A stretch of DNA of 64,000 bases, taken from assembly GCF_009914755.1 (NCBI RefSeq), contig NC_060934.1; one strand, given 5' to 3'. Within the stretch, counting starts at the first letter, position 1; each line of letters begins with the position of its first letter. A model generated the notes under the pieces. That model was not told the DNA's origin. It did not search any database and was given only the letters and a program-made list of their open reading frames with translations. The translations under genes and the position numbers were made by a program. The DNA comes from the human T2T-CHM13v2.0 reference genome, Homo sapiens. Of the stretch, positions 25,405 to 38,444 are shown in pieces.

Positions 25405-25650
25405 TAAATAATACTGATAGGACCACTTATTGAGTACTTCTTACATGCCAGAAGTTCTTTGGTGCTTTCATTACATTAACTTATGCTATTGTCCACAGTA
25501 TTCTAAGGTGGTTGCTATTAGATTTCCAATTTTACAGAAGGGGAAACTGAGGCACGGGGCGGTGAAGTAACTCCCAGAATGTTCACAGTCAGCGAAATGG
25601 TGGATTCTGAATACAAATGAACACAATGAGGCTCCAGGTTTCCTGCTTAT
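25405..25650 (-). mobile_element. MIR (CpG-retaining)
   Basis: accacttattgagtact..atgccag..ccaattttacagaaggggaaactgaggcacggggcggtgaagtaactccca..ggattctgaatac. Confidence 0.85.
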
Positions 25651-26270
25651 TATCACCGCGAAGCCCAGCCTCAGCGAGCAAGGGAAGGAGCTAGAGAGCG
25701 GGCTCCCAGGCACATCTGCATGTGTGCACTGGCCTTGTAACATCAGTCTGGCTCTTAAGAGCTGATCAGAAAGAGGACAGAAGGGGAGCTGGCACACTGG
25801 TTAGGTGAAATGAGAAAGCTCAATGAGTGATGATGGTAATTCAGACTAGAATAGTTAGTGTTATTTTGTGAAAGGAAATTTCAATTTAACCAGAGCACCT
25901 TGAAGTGAAGGCTTTGAATTGGAAAGAAGGTTTTAAATTGCTATCAGAATTTGCCATTTTAGTGATTGAAACATTTTAGGGCCAAATGTGCCATGCTGCA
26001 CCTTTCCAGAAGGAACTATTTGAGGGAAATAACTGTCAGCTCCTATAGTACCAGTGTTTAAAATGTAAGTTTAGGGAGAAAGGCAGTTCACCTTCTCTCC
26101 AGGTGGGGACTGACTGAGGTGTTGAACAACCAGATTTGGGGATGGTATTTTTTGAATTTAATTAACTGCTACATGTGAACTAGTAAGATCAAATCACCCA
26201 CAAGGTAGATATTTGAGAAACTCAGTGTAAATGTGGAAAAGTTGATGTTATGTTCCAAAGATGTAATAAA

Positions 26271-26353
26271 AAATTAACCAGTTTATGCAAATGTTTATGC
26301 AAATTAACCAGTTTATGCAAATGTTTATGCAAATTAACCAGTTTATGCAAATG
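26271..26353. repeat. Perfect 30-bp tandem repeat (2.8 copies) carrying five ATGCAAAT octamers
   Basis: Unit aaattaaccagtttatgcaaatgtttatgc at 26271 and 26301, partial at 26331; octamers start at 26285, 26297, 26315, 26327, 26345. Confidence 0.97.
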
Positions 26354-26493
26354 AAAAGAGGAGGTAAGAAGGTATAAGATGCTATGTTTGCATCATTCAC
26401 TGGGAACATTTGAACTTTGCAGATTAATGTCCTTGGTGGAAGAAGTTATGACATTATGTTATTTGTTGGGGAAAAACCCTCCAGTGTAAAGAC

Positions 26494-26772
26494 TTTTATT
26501 TATTTATTTATTAAAGGCAGGATCTCACTCTGTTGCCTAGGCTGGAGTGCAGCAGTTTGATCATAGCTTACTGTAGCCTCAAATTCCAGGGCTCAAGCAA
26601 TCCTGCCTCCTCAGCCTCCTGAGTAGCTAGTACAATACATGCCACCATGCCCTGCTAATATTTTTTTCTTTTTTTTTTGGAGACAGAGTCTCCCTATGTT
26701 GCCTAAGCTGGTCTCAAACTCCTGGTCTTAGGCAATCCTCGCACCTCAGGCTCCCTCAGCACTGGATTACAG
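26494..26772 (-). mobile_element. Alu, J-type, (TTTA)n tail, ~20 nt missing at the 5' end
   Basis: ggatctcactctgttgcctaggctggagtgcag..tcatagcttactgtagcctcaaa..ctatgttgcc..actggattacag. Confidence 0.93.
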
Positions 26773-28469
26773 AATACTTAAAAATAACATAAATCAGTCA
26801 GATATTTAAGCCTCACAAACTTTTCCTGAAGATTTACTGAGCTACTTCTTCAGATGAAAAAGACATTTTGTAATAAATGGTTTCTGAAAAACCAAACCCT
26901 CAAAATTGTAACTGGGATGGATATGATTAGTGAAACACATTAAACTTAACCCTACAGGGATAAACCAAGAGCGCTACTGATGTTTATAAGGAAATACAAG
27001 CATTACATCTTAAACTAGACAAGTTTCCACTGCTGAGCTACCCTGAGCTTAGTGAAATTAACTATTTTCACAAAATGGAAATCCATTAATGGAAATGACA
27101 TCATAAATTCAGAAAAGATTCTTAGATTTTAATATACTTTTCCTAATTTAAGGCAAATTGAGCCACCAAGAATTGAAAGAGAACATATTTGGATAATTGA
27201 AAGGCAGAGTTTAAACATTCCGGAAATAACTATCTACACTTTCAAATGCAAGGTCTTGCTTAGGTTTGGAACAACACAGGTTTTCTTGATCACTTGTCTA
27301 AAACAGTAACTGAGAGCCACACAACACAACCTCGTTTTATAAAGGTTGTCTCTGATACTTAGAAAAATCTAAATGTTTCTGTACTTTTGCAAGTTACTAA
27401 AGTCTTTCCATTAAATTATTTGACTTTTTTTTCTCCCGCCCAAAAAGTGATTAGCGCACAACAAAATGTGTGTGATTTGTTAATGGAGTATTCTTTCATT
27501 GCAGATTTATATGTTCTTAAAACAGTGCAAGCCTTTTGTGGAAATAATGTATTTTGAAATCATATATTCTTATATACATGTCTCTAAAAGTTCATCAAAT
27601 AAAACGTAGGAATAGACATTTTTACAAACAGAAAACAGTCATGTGGTTCTGCTATCCAAACACAGTGACATGATCTTTTAGAGTTTATTTTCAGTCTTTT
27701 ACATATTGACCCTGTTTTTCCTCCATATTTGTATTCTTTTAGGTTTGTTTACAGAGTTGTAATAGAGCATTTGTGTGAAGCAGTTTATATGGTAAGTGAC
27801 AGAAATTCAGCTCAGAGACACTAATATACTCACAGGATGTATTGGTCTATATTGTTCCTCTAGGAAGGTGTGATCCAGAAACTCAAGAGAAGTCATCAAG
27901 GACTCAGTCTCTCTACATATTTTTCTTCCTTTATAAGTAAATGGCCTGCAAATCTTTTCTCATTTCTGCCGCTCTCCCTGAAGGACCTGGTAGAGTACTT
28001 CCTTTTGAAATATCTGGCTGCAGTTGGCCTATAGCTCAGTCTGGGTTTCTGGCTTGTTCTGTGCATTTGTTTTTCGTGCTTCAATTAGCCATTGTGTCCT
28101 GGTAATGGAAGGAAACAATCCTCAGAGATCTTGTCACACTAAGTCTGTGGCACAATTTGAAACATTCAGTAATACCAGCTGTTCTAAGCAGAACAGAAGT
28201 CATAATTAGGGATGCAATGATTTCACACTAAACTGTAGTTACAGAATATATAACTACATTTTAATGCTCATCAATTTTTATCTTATACTGTATTTATCTT
28301 CAAAGAACAAATGAACCAAGTGAATTGGATTTCAGATACACAGAGCTGGATTTATCTAATATTCCCTTTCTCATCTTCTGCTGTAAAAAAATTATTTCTT
28401 CTTATGTAAACTACCTAAGAAGTATCTTTTCCTCCCAGAATACTGTAGCTTTGTCTGCTCAAATCCAAA

Positions 28470-29035
28470 TTATATAAAATGGCAAAGCTGCTCTGGAACA
28501 CATTTTGGCTGTTTAATACACAGTTAAACATACAATTTCCATGTGACCTCATCATCCCACATCCAGGAAATTATCCTAAAGAAATAAAATTGATGTTCAT
28601 GTATAAACCTGCTTAATAATTTTTTAGAAAAGTACCATTGCCAAGAACTGGAAACAACCCAAATTTCCTTCAGTGGGAGAATGGACAAAAACTATGGTAT
28701 ATGCATAAAATGGACAATAAAAAGGGAAAAATTATTGATATGTGCAATCTGGATAAATCTGTAGAGGCATCAGTATAAGTGACTGTAGCTAGATTAAATA
28801 CTTTGTAATTCCATTTATGACATTCTGAAAATGTAAAAGTATAGGGACAGATTGGAGATTGCCAGGGATTGGCAGTGACAGAAGGGTGTGTTAATTACAG
28901 GGGCAGCATGAGGCATTTCTTTATGGTGCTGGGATCATCAGTATCTGTTTGTGCTGGTGGTTGCAAGAATCTTCATATGGGCTAAAACTCATACAACTGT
29001 ATAGCAATAATGTGAATATTACTGACTGTTAAATA
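28470..29035 (+). mobile_element. L1MC/ME-type 3' end
   Basis: ttgccaagaactggaaacaacccaaat..aaactatggtatatgcataaaatgga..aattccatttatgacattctgaaaatgtaaaagtatagggacag. Confidence 0.75.
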
Positions 29036-32000
29036 AGATATCTATGAGTGAACCTTCACTAGGCAAATAAAATAAATAAGTATTAACACCTGTGACTCAT
29101 ATCTGTTGTCATTTTCCAAAGCTTGAAGCCCAGCATAACATCATGCTTGGTTTTCCAATTCATCATGCTTTTGATCTTTGTATGACACATGCAGAATTTG
29201 GGAAACATCTTGGGAGATAATGAGTTTTTAGTAATTTGGGAGATAATGAGTGCTATGTTGGGATAAGTTAACACTTGTTTTGTTAAATATTACATGGAAG
29301 GGAATAGAGAAAAAGTCTATGCGGCAACAATGATGTACTCTTAGCATGACACATGGAAGCTTATGAAAAATTATTAAAGACTTTGCACTCAGTTACCAAA
29401 AAAAAAGTCTATTATGTAAGAGATCTGGATCACCCCCAGCAGATGTAGGGCTGAATTGTTGGTTGCTGTTCATCTGTAAAAAATGAATTTCCCAAATGCT
29501 TCTCTAGTGCTTATTCAGCTCTGCTTAGAGAAGTTTTATCCTTGCATTTATTTTTTTCTTTTCGTGGCCATAGTGAGAATGGTATTAAGAACTGGGCTAA
29601 GCCCCAGTTCTGCATCTGCTTGCTCCTTTAAATTAGTGAGAGCAAGCTCATTCTAGTTCAGTTCCTGAGTAGCTGTAATTAATGGTTTGTAGTATTCACA
29701 TGGCTTTTGAAAAGGACCCCTTTCTCTCTTTAAAGCACCTTTAAACTTTCTAGAAAAAAACCATGTAATACTGCCTTGAAAACAGTCCCTTCTGGGTGTC
29801 ATTTCAACTACTTTCGGTTCAACTTCAAGTTGTCCAGGGAAAATAAACCCATCAAGTAGTGCCTGCATTGTTAGCTTGAGAACCAGAAGGAACTTCGACC
29901 ACATTTGCTTTTGAGAATGTAATAATTTACATGTGATATATGATCGTTTAGTTAAGCAACAGTGATACAGAGGAGCTTCACCTTGGCCTCATCCATTGAT
30001 TGTGCAGATTTCAATACACTTGTTTAAGCTTTGTGGATGTGGTTGTTCATTCAATCAACAGAAGTTTACTTTTGCCTATCCTGGACCAGAAATCAGACAT
30101 AAGCTCAGGATATTAAAAGATGCTTATATGTGTGTTTGGGGAAAGGGATAAGAAAATGTAGAGAAAACAGAGAAAAGTACATGTTGTGAGATATGTTTGA
30201 TAAAATCTGGGTTGATCAAATTTAAACAAGATTCCAGAATTTGTAATGTATTAATATGCACAATGACCTTTCAAGAATGGAATCTAATGTGCAATGATTC
30301 TCAAATCTCTCTGACTGGGAAAGCCCCTGTTAATTTTTCTCAGAGAACTTTATAATTGTAGTATCCTTTTCTACACACTTTGCAAAATGTATGGATGTTA
30401 GCAAAAAAAAATTATCTTTTATGTATTGATTATTATCAGCAATGCTTCTTACTGCCTCAGAGCCAGAGAAATTGCAAGCAGTGCCTGAAGTGTTGTTTGC
30501 CAAGCTTCTGGTAACATACAACATTGTTTTTTGTTTTGTTTTGTTTTGAATTACTGTTTATCAAATAGAAATTTAGCTATGTCAGTGGTCAGAATTGTGG
30601 AAATAGTATACATACAAACTTGTTTTGTTTTGGGAAGAACTAGATGATTAAGGCAGCTTTGCTATGTGGTAAATTATATTTTATGCCTGGGTAACAGTTG
30701 TCAACTAAAAATGGGAGATTTGCTGTCAGAACTTGTTGAGAGTGGCATGCTCAGTGTATAAGTAGGTTTCCTGCCATAACTACATTGAGTATATGCATTA
30801 TATAAATGATATATGAGTTTTTAGTAATTTGAAGAGAAATGTAATACCTAAATACATTTTCCTTTCTGTTACTTACCCCATATAGTTTTGCAACATTTAG
30901 TGCCAAGCTAAGGTGACTTTTGATTATTGAATTAACTTCTTAATTCCAAAGAGTTTGTGCACATCAATAGAATTTTGTTCAAATAAATTAGACTATAGAC
31001 TAAAAACAATTTCTAGAAAAACATGTTGGCTTGCCACTTAAGATTATTTCTCTGATGTCTAAAACAAATTGAAACTTAGTTTCAATGTAGCATTGTATTT
31101 AATATAATCATAATTTCAACTGTTTTAGGAAAATATTTTATTAATAAACCACCATAGTCCATCAAACAGATAATCTGTATTATACTAGCATGTTAGCTTA
31201 AAATGATTTTGTATATATTATCGTTATAATTATATATATCTAATGATTGAAGAAAGAGAACTGATCCACTACATTGTTGTTGAAAGTGAATTTAGAATGA
31301 GTTATATGTTAATGCAATCTTGCTATCTTTGGCTGATTCTGGAAGGAGTTGAAACCTTAATTGATCAATCACTTGATTCAGCTGAAACTTAGAGTGAAGA
31401 TTTAAAGTGTTCTTAATTTGATCAAAATGGCAATTTTTTTTTCTGAATCCAATATGTGGAGGGAAACACAAGGAAACAGTAATTACCATTATGAAAGTTT
31501 CATGAAATTATGGTGACACTTTTAAGTCTATTTTTTAAAGAGCTTTATTGAGAAACAATTCACATACTATGTAATCCCCCTTTTAAAGTGGGTCATTTAA
31601 AGGTGTTGATATTCACATAGCAGTGCAATCACCGCCACTATTTAATTTTAGCATATTTTCATCACTCAGAAAGAAACCTCATACCATTAGCTGTTAGTCT
31701 ACATTCGCCCATTTTCCATAACCTGACAACCACTAATCTACGTATGTATTTGTCTAGTATGGACATTTCATACAAATTGAATCCTACAACATGTGATCAT
31801 TTGTCCCTGGCTTCTTTAAATTAACAAAATTCTTTCAAAGTTTATCCGTGTTGTAGCATGAAGTACTTCAGCCTTTTATGAGTGAATAATATTCCATTGT
31901 ATGGGTATATCAGATTTTCTTTATTCATTCATCAGCTGATGGACATTTGGCTTGTATCTACATTTTAGCTATGGTGACTAATGCTTCTATAGACATTTGC

Positions 32001-33299
32001 CCAAAAGTTTTTGTATGGACATATTTTTTCACTTCTTTTGAGCATGTACCCTAGGGATGGAATTGCTGGATCACATGGTAATTCTGCATTTAACATCTTC
32101 AGTAACTGCCAAACTGTTTTCTGTTTTGCAAAGTGGCTCTAGCATTTTAAATCCCACCAGCAAAAATGTGAGGGGACCAATTTCTCTATATCTTCATCCA
32201 CAGTTATTATTGTCTGCCTTTTTTGATATTAATCATCCTATTGGATGTGAAGTGGCACCTCATTGAGGTTTTGATGTGCATTTCTTGATGAATGATAATG
32301 AGCACTTTTTGTATGCTTATTGGCCATTTATGCATTTTTGGAGTAATATTTTTCAAATTATTTTCCTATTTAAAAATTGGGTGATTTGTGTTTTTATCAT
32401 TATTATATGACATTTTCATATGTTCAGGATACAAATCCCTTTTGAGGCATATGACATCCAAATATTTATCCATTTTGTGAATTATCTTTTCATTTTATAA
32501 AATTGTATCCTTTAAAGTGCAAAAGAGTTAATTTTGACAAAGTTAAATTTACACATTTCTTTTTTATTGTTGCTGACCTTTTGTTGTTATTTCTAGTAAA
32601 CTATCACCTAACTCGAGGACACAAAGATTTACTCCTATGCTTCTTTTAAAATTTTTATAGTTTTAGCTCTTACATTTAGGTCTATGATCTATTTTGAGTT
32701 AACTCTTCATATGGTATGAGGTCAGGTTCCAAATTTATTCTTTTGGATGTGGGTATCTAGTTGTCTCAGCAGTTTATTTAAAAAAAAATTCTTTCCTCCA
32801 CTGAATTGTCTTAGCACCCATATAGAAAATCAATTGACCATAAATGCAAAGATTTATTTCTAGACTCTCAAATCTATTCCATTGATCTATATGTATATTG
32901 AAATACAAATTCCATAGGTCTTGATTGCTGTGTTGATTACTGCAAGTTTGTAACAAGTATTGAAATTATGAAGTGTGGGTCCTCTGCTTTGTTCTTTCTC
33001 AAGATTGTTTGGTTATTCTGGAATCTTGAAATTCTCTACGAACTTAGGATTAACTTTTCAATTTTGGCAAAAAGGCCAGCTGGGGTTACAGTAGGGATCA
33101 CATTGAATCTGCTCATCAACTTGGGGACTATAGATATTATAACAATATTAAGTCTTCTGATTCATTACATTGGGTCTCATTTCAAATATTTAGGCTTTCT
33201 TAATTTTTTCAACAATGTTTGTTGCATAATGGAAGACTTGTATTGTTTTTCTTAAGTTTGTTTTTAAGTATTTTATTTGTAATGCTATTTTAAATGGAG

Positions 33300-34485
33300 G
33301 TTTTTTTTTAGAGTTTCCATTTCTCTGCTTGCATTACCCATCTGCTTTTGTATGTTGTCCTTTTCTTTTCCCCATTAGAACTCTTAGCAAATTAATCATA
33401 GTTATTTTAAATTTCTGTTCTGCTAATTCCAAAATGTGTATTATATCTAAGTCTTGTTTTAACGCATGCTTTGTCTCTTCAGGCTGTGTTTTTTATTTGT
33501 TTATTTGTTTTCTTTTGGTGTGACTTGTAATTATTTTGTTGAAAGCCACACACGGTGTATTGGATAATAAGAACTGAGAACATTAGTCTTTGATTGAGAT
33601 TTTATGTTCATTTGCCAAGCAAATGTGTTTACTGTTTGTTGTAGTTATGATTTCAGACACTAAATTTTTATCTAATGTTGTGTTTGAGTCTTGCCTGTTG
33701 TCTTTGGGTTCTCCTAGAGACTCCTTCTTAAATAGTTCATTAGCCTTGTAGTTTTTTGTTCTAGCCTGTTATTATAGAAGAGTCCTATTGATGTGGTGAT
33801 AAGCTGCCGTGAGAGGGGAAGCATTTTACAAACCTGTGATTAGATCTGAACCTTTTAGTGAACATGTGTCCCTGAGATGTGACCATCACAAATAATTCTT
33901 GGCTTTCCACCTTCCTCTAAGGTAAAACGGGTTTTGCTAGAGTCTAACCAACCTCAGACAAAGGAAATACCCAACTCCAGCCCACTCTAGCCTTTCGGCT
34001 CAGGTAGTATTATTTCCATTGAGGGCAGACCTTTCTTAAGAACAGAGCACTCTGGGTATATTTCAAAATACAACACCAGAGGTTTTTCTCCCATCTTCAC
34101 TCTGAGACCCCTGGTGGGACTCCTGAAGGTAAAAGTTATGAAAGTGTGTGAGGGCTCCCGCTAAAGCTGGGACAAGAGGAATTTTAATTTCTCATTATAG
34201 TCCACGCTCAGTCTCCAGTAGTGAGTAAGTTCATTTTTAATGATTTATGACTGTTGTTGTCTCCAATAGTGGCTTCCGTTGTTCCTTGTAAGCTCTATGT
34301 ATTCAAATGTGTCTCTAGTTTTGTATAATGGTTGTTTGCCCTGTGACCTAAATTCTCTGATATATCTAAGAAAAGTTATCTATTTTCAGGTTTTTTTTTT
34401 TTTAGCTTCTTTCTTGTTGTGAGGACAGGAAATGGATGACAGCTTTCAAGCTTTTTACCTTTTGGACTGAAAGTTGAAAGTCCTC
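33300..34485 (-). mobile_element. L1M (L1MD-like) 5'-region-only insertion nested in the L1MB
   Basis: Host L1 breaks at tgctattttaaatgga (33298) and resumes at aatggaatt (34486). The insert begins with T9 and ends in ..gaaagttgaaagtcc, resembling an old L1 5' terminus. Confidence 0.55.
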
Positions 34486-34491
34486 AATGGA

Positions 34492-34536
<45 letters not shown>

Positions 34537-34838
34537 TTGAGACAGGGTCTCACTTTATTACCCCAGCTGGAGAGCAGTGGATGTGATCTTGGCCCACTGC
34601 AGCCTTTGCCTCCTGGGCTTAAGTGATTCTCCAGCCTCAGCCTCCTGAATAGCTGGGACTACAGACATGCACCACCACGCCCAGCTAATTTTTGTAATTT
34701 TTAATTTTCTTTTCTTTTGGTAAAGATGGAGTTTCACCATGTTTTCCAGACTGGTCTCGAACTCCTGGGTTCAAGCAATTCATCCACCTCAGCCTCCCAC
34801 AGTGCTGGGATTACAGGCATAAGCCACTGTGCCCAGCC
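34492..34838 (-). mobile_element. Alu, J/Jb-type, with (ATT)n tail
   Basis: (att)~15 then gagacagggtctcac...aagccactgtgcccagcc; tggaatt on both sides. Confidence 0.95.
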
Positions 34839-37800
34839 TGGAATTCTTTTCTTAATTTCATTTTCAGATTGTTCATTGCTAGTGTATAGAAATATGACTG
34901 ATTTTTGTATATAGGCCTCATATCGTGCAATCATACTGAACTTTTAAATTCGTTCCAGTAGGGTATGTGTGGGTGTGCATTTGTGTGTTTTGGTATTTTT
35001 GCAAGATAATATCATCTTCAAATAGAGATGGTTTTACTTTTTCATTTTCAATCTTGTCTTTTATTTCTTTCTTAACTGATTGTCCTAGCTAGAACCTATA
35101 CTGCAATGTTGAATATAAGAAGCAAGAACAGGTATGTTGTCTGTTTTTTATTTTAGGGGGAAAGCGCTCTATCTTGCATCATTCATTATAATGGTGTTGG
35201 TTTTTCATAAACGCTCCTTATGAGTGTGTGAAAGTTCTTTTTTATTCCTAGTTTTCTGACAGTCTTTCTTATGAAAGAATGTGAGACTTTTTGCCAAATG
35301 CTTTTTCTACTATCATGGAGATTATAAGTTATTTATATTTGTCCTTTAGTCTATTGATATGATGTATTACATCGATTAATTTTTGGATATTAAGACAACC
35401 ATAAATTTATACAATAAGTAAAAAATGTTTATGTTGTACAATCCTAGTTATATGTTGCTAGATTTGGTTTCTTACTATTTTGTTGAGTTGTATTTTGTAT
35501 GTCTATGTTCAGAAGGAATATTGGTTCGTAGCTTTGTGTTCATGTTTGTTTTGCTTTTCCTTGTGAGGTCTTTCTTGCTTGGTTATGTATCAGAATAACA
35601 CTGGTCTCACTTTGAGTCAATAAGTGATTCTTCCTCTTCCTTTATTTTTTGGAAGATTTACAAAGGACTGGTATTAATTCATCTTTAAACATTTGGTAGA
35701 TTTTATCAGTGATGTCATCTGGGCTTGGTCTTTTATTGTAGGAGGTTTTAAAATTACTAAACTGATTTTATTTATTTGCTATATATATTCAGATATTTTA
35801 TTTCTTCTTAAGTCAGATTTTATAGTTTGTACCCTTTTAAGAATTTGTCCATTTCATTAAGATTATTTAATTTGCTAACAACAGTTGTTCATAGCATTCC
35901 TTATTCTTCTTATTTTCCTCTAAGTTTGGAAGTGATATCTCCTCTTTCATTTCTGGCTAGCAATTTGAACTTCTGTATTCATGGTTAGTCTAGTTAAAAA
36001 TTTTTCAATTTGGTCGATCTTTTTAATGAGCTAAAGTTTTGTTTTGTTGAGTTTCTCTATATTTTTAGTTCTCTACTATTTTTTCCAATCTAATCTTTAT
36101 TATTTTCTTTTCTTCTGCTTATTTAGTTTGCTCTTATTTCTCCACTTTCTTAAGGTATATGTTTAGGTTTTGATTTGAGATATTTCTTCTTTTTTAATAT
36201 AGGCATTTGTGCCTATTAATACTTTACTAAGCACAGCAATAGCTGAATTTCATAATTGTTGGTACGTTGTTTTTTCTGTTAATTGATCTGAAATGATTTC
36301 CTAATTCCCCTTGTGAATTTTTTTCCTTTGACTCCTTTGTTATTTAACAGTGTGGGTTTTGTTTGTTGTTTGTTTGTTTTTTACTTACATATATTTGTGA
36401 ATTTCCTAAATGTCCTTTAGTTAATGATTTCTAAAATTTCATTTCATTGTGTTCAGAAAATATACTTTGTATGATTTCAATATTTTTAAATGCATAAATG
36501 TTTGATTTATGTCCTAATATGCAATCTATCCTGGATAATGTTCTGTGTGAACTGGAAAATAATGTTTGATGTTTTTAGGTGGAGTGTTTTATAGATGTCT
36601 GTTTAAGTCTGGATAGTTTCTAGTTTTGTTCAAGTCCTCTATTTCTGTATTGATCTTCCTCTTAGTTGTTTTATTCATTATTGAAAGAAGGTGATCAAAA
36701 TATCCAACTATTAGGGCTGAATTGTCTATTTCTCCCTTCAATTCTATCATTTTCCCACATATATTTCAGTCTATGTTGTTAGGTGTATATATGTTTATAT
36801 TAATAATTAACGTATATTACTGATACATTAAAAATTTATCATTATAAATTTCATCCTTTTCCTGAGTAATAATATTTGTCTTAAAGTCTCTTTCGCCTGA
36901 TAGTATGTTTTGAGTTATTTGCTTAGTTTTTGTCCAGGGGATTGCAATTTACATGTTAATTTATAACAATCTAATTGGATTAGTAGCAAATTAATGTCAA
37001 AGCTTAAACTCCTCTTTGTTCTATTATTGACATACAAATTCATTTTTTACATTATAAGTCAATCAACACAGTTTTATCCTTATTGCTTGATACAGTTGTT
37101 TTTAAATCAGATAGGAAAAGAAAATCCTTACAAAACAAGTATATTTATATTATCTGTTATATTTACCTATGTACTTTAACTAGTGCTTTTATTTCTTCTT
37201 GTGGATTTGACTTCCTGTCCAGTATTCCCCCTTTTTATTTAGGTTGTAATTTTTTCTTAACATTTGAATGATAAAATGAATAAATATAGACTTTTTAGTT
37301 GGTAGTCTTTTTCTTTTGGTGCTTTGAATATGTCATCCCATTGCCTTCTGGACTCCATGGTTTCTAATGAATAGTTAGCTGTTCATCTTATTGAAGACTC
37401 CTTGTGTACTGTAAATTTTGTGTTTTTTTCTCTTTGCATTCAGTCTTTGACCTTTGACAGTTTGACTATGATGTATTTGTGTGTGAATTTCTTTGAATTT
37501 ATCCAAATCAGAGTTTTTTGAACTTCCAAAAATGTAGATTAGAATTTTTCATCCAATTTTTAAATTTTCAGTTGAAATTCTTTAAATATTTTTTCCGCTA
37601 TATTCTCTGTTTTCTTTTTCTTGGCCTCTCATCCATCATGCACATATTAGTAAGCTTCATAGTGTCCCGTACGTCTCTGAGTTTCTGTTCATTTTTCTTT
37701 ATTTGTTTTTCTTTCTATTCTCAGACTGGATAATAATCAATGGATCTATCTTTAAGTTCACCGGTTCATTATTCTGACAGTTGAAATCTGCTGCCAACAC

Positions 37801-38083
37801 CTTCTTGTGAATTTTTATTTCAATAATTGTACTGTTTTTGACCAAACTTCAATTTAGTACTTTTTTTGTTGTTGTTACCATGTCATTCTGCTGAATCTAT
37901 TTAGTACTTTTTTATAGTTGCTAATCCTTTATTAATAATCTCAGTTTGGAGAAATCAGTCCCAGACTTTGCTTTATTTCTTTGGATGTGGTTTCTTTTAC
38001 TTCTTTAAACATATTTATAATAGGTCATTCAATGTCTTTTTCTAGTAAGTCCATCATCTAGTCCTTCTCAGAAACAATTTTAG

Positions 38084-38444
<361 letters not shown>

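Noticed and set aside
26271-26353. CRISPR-like array
   Set aside because: Units are contiguous and identical with no unique spacers; it is a minisatellite.
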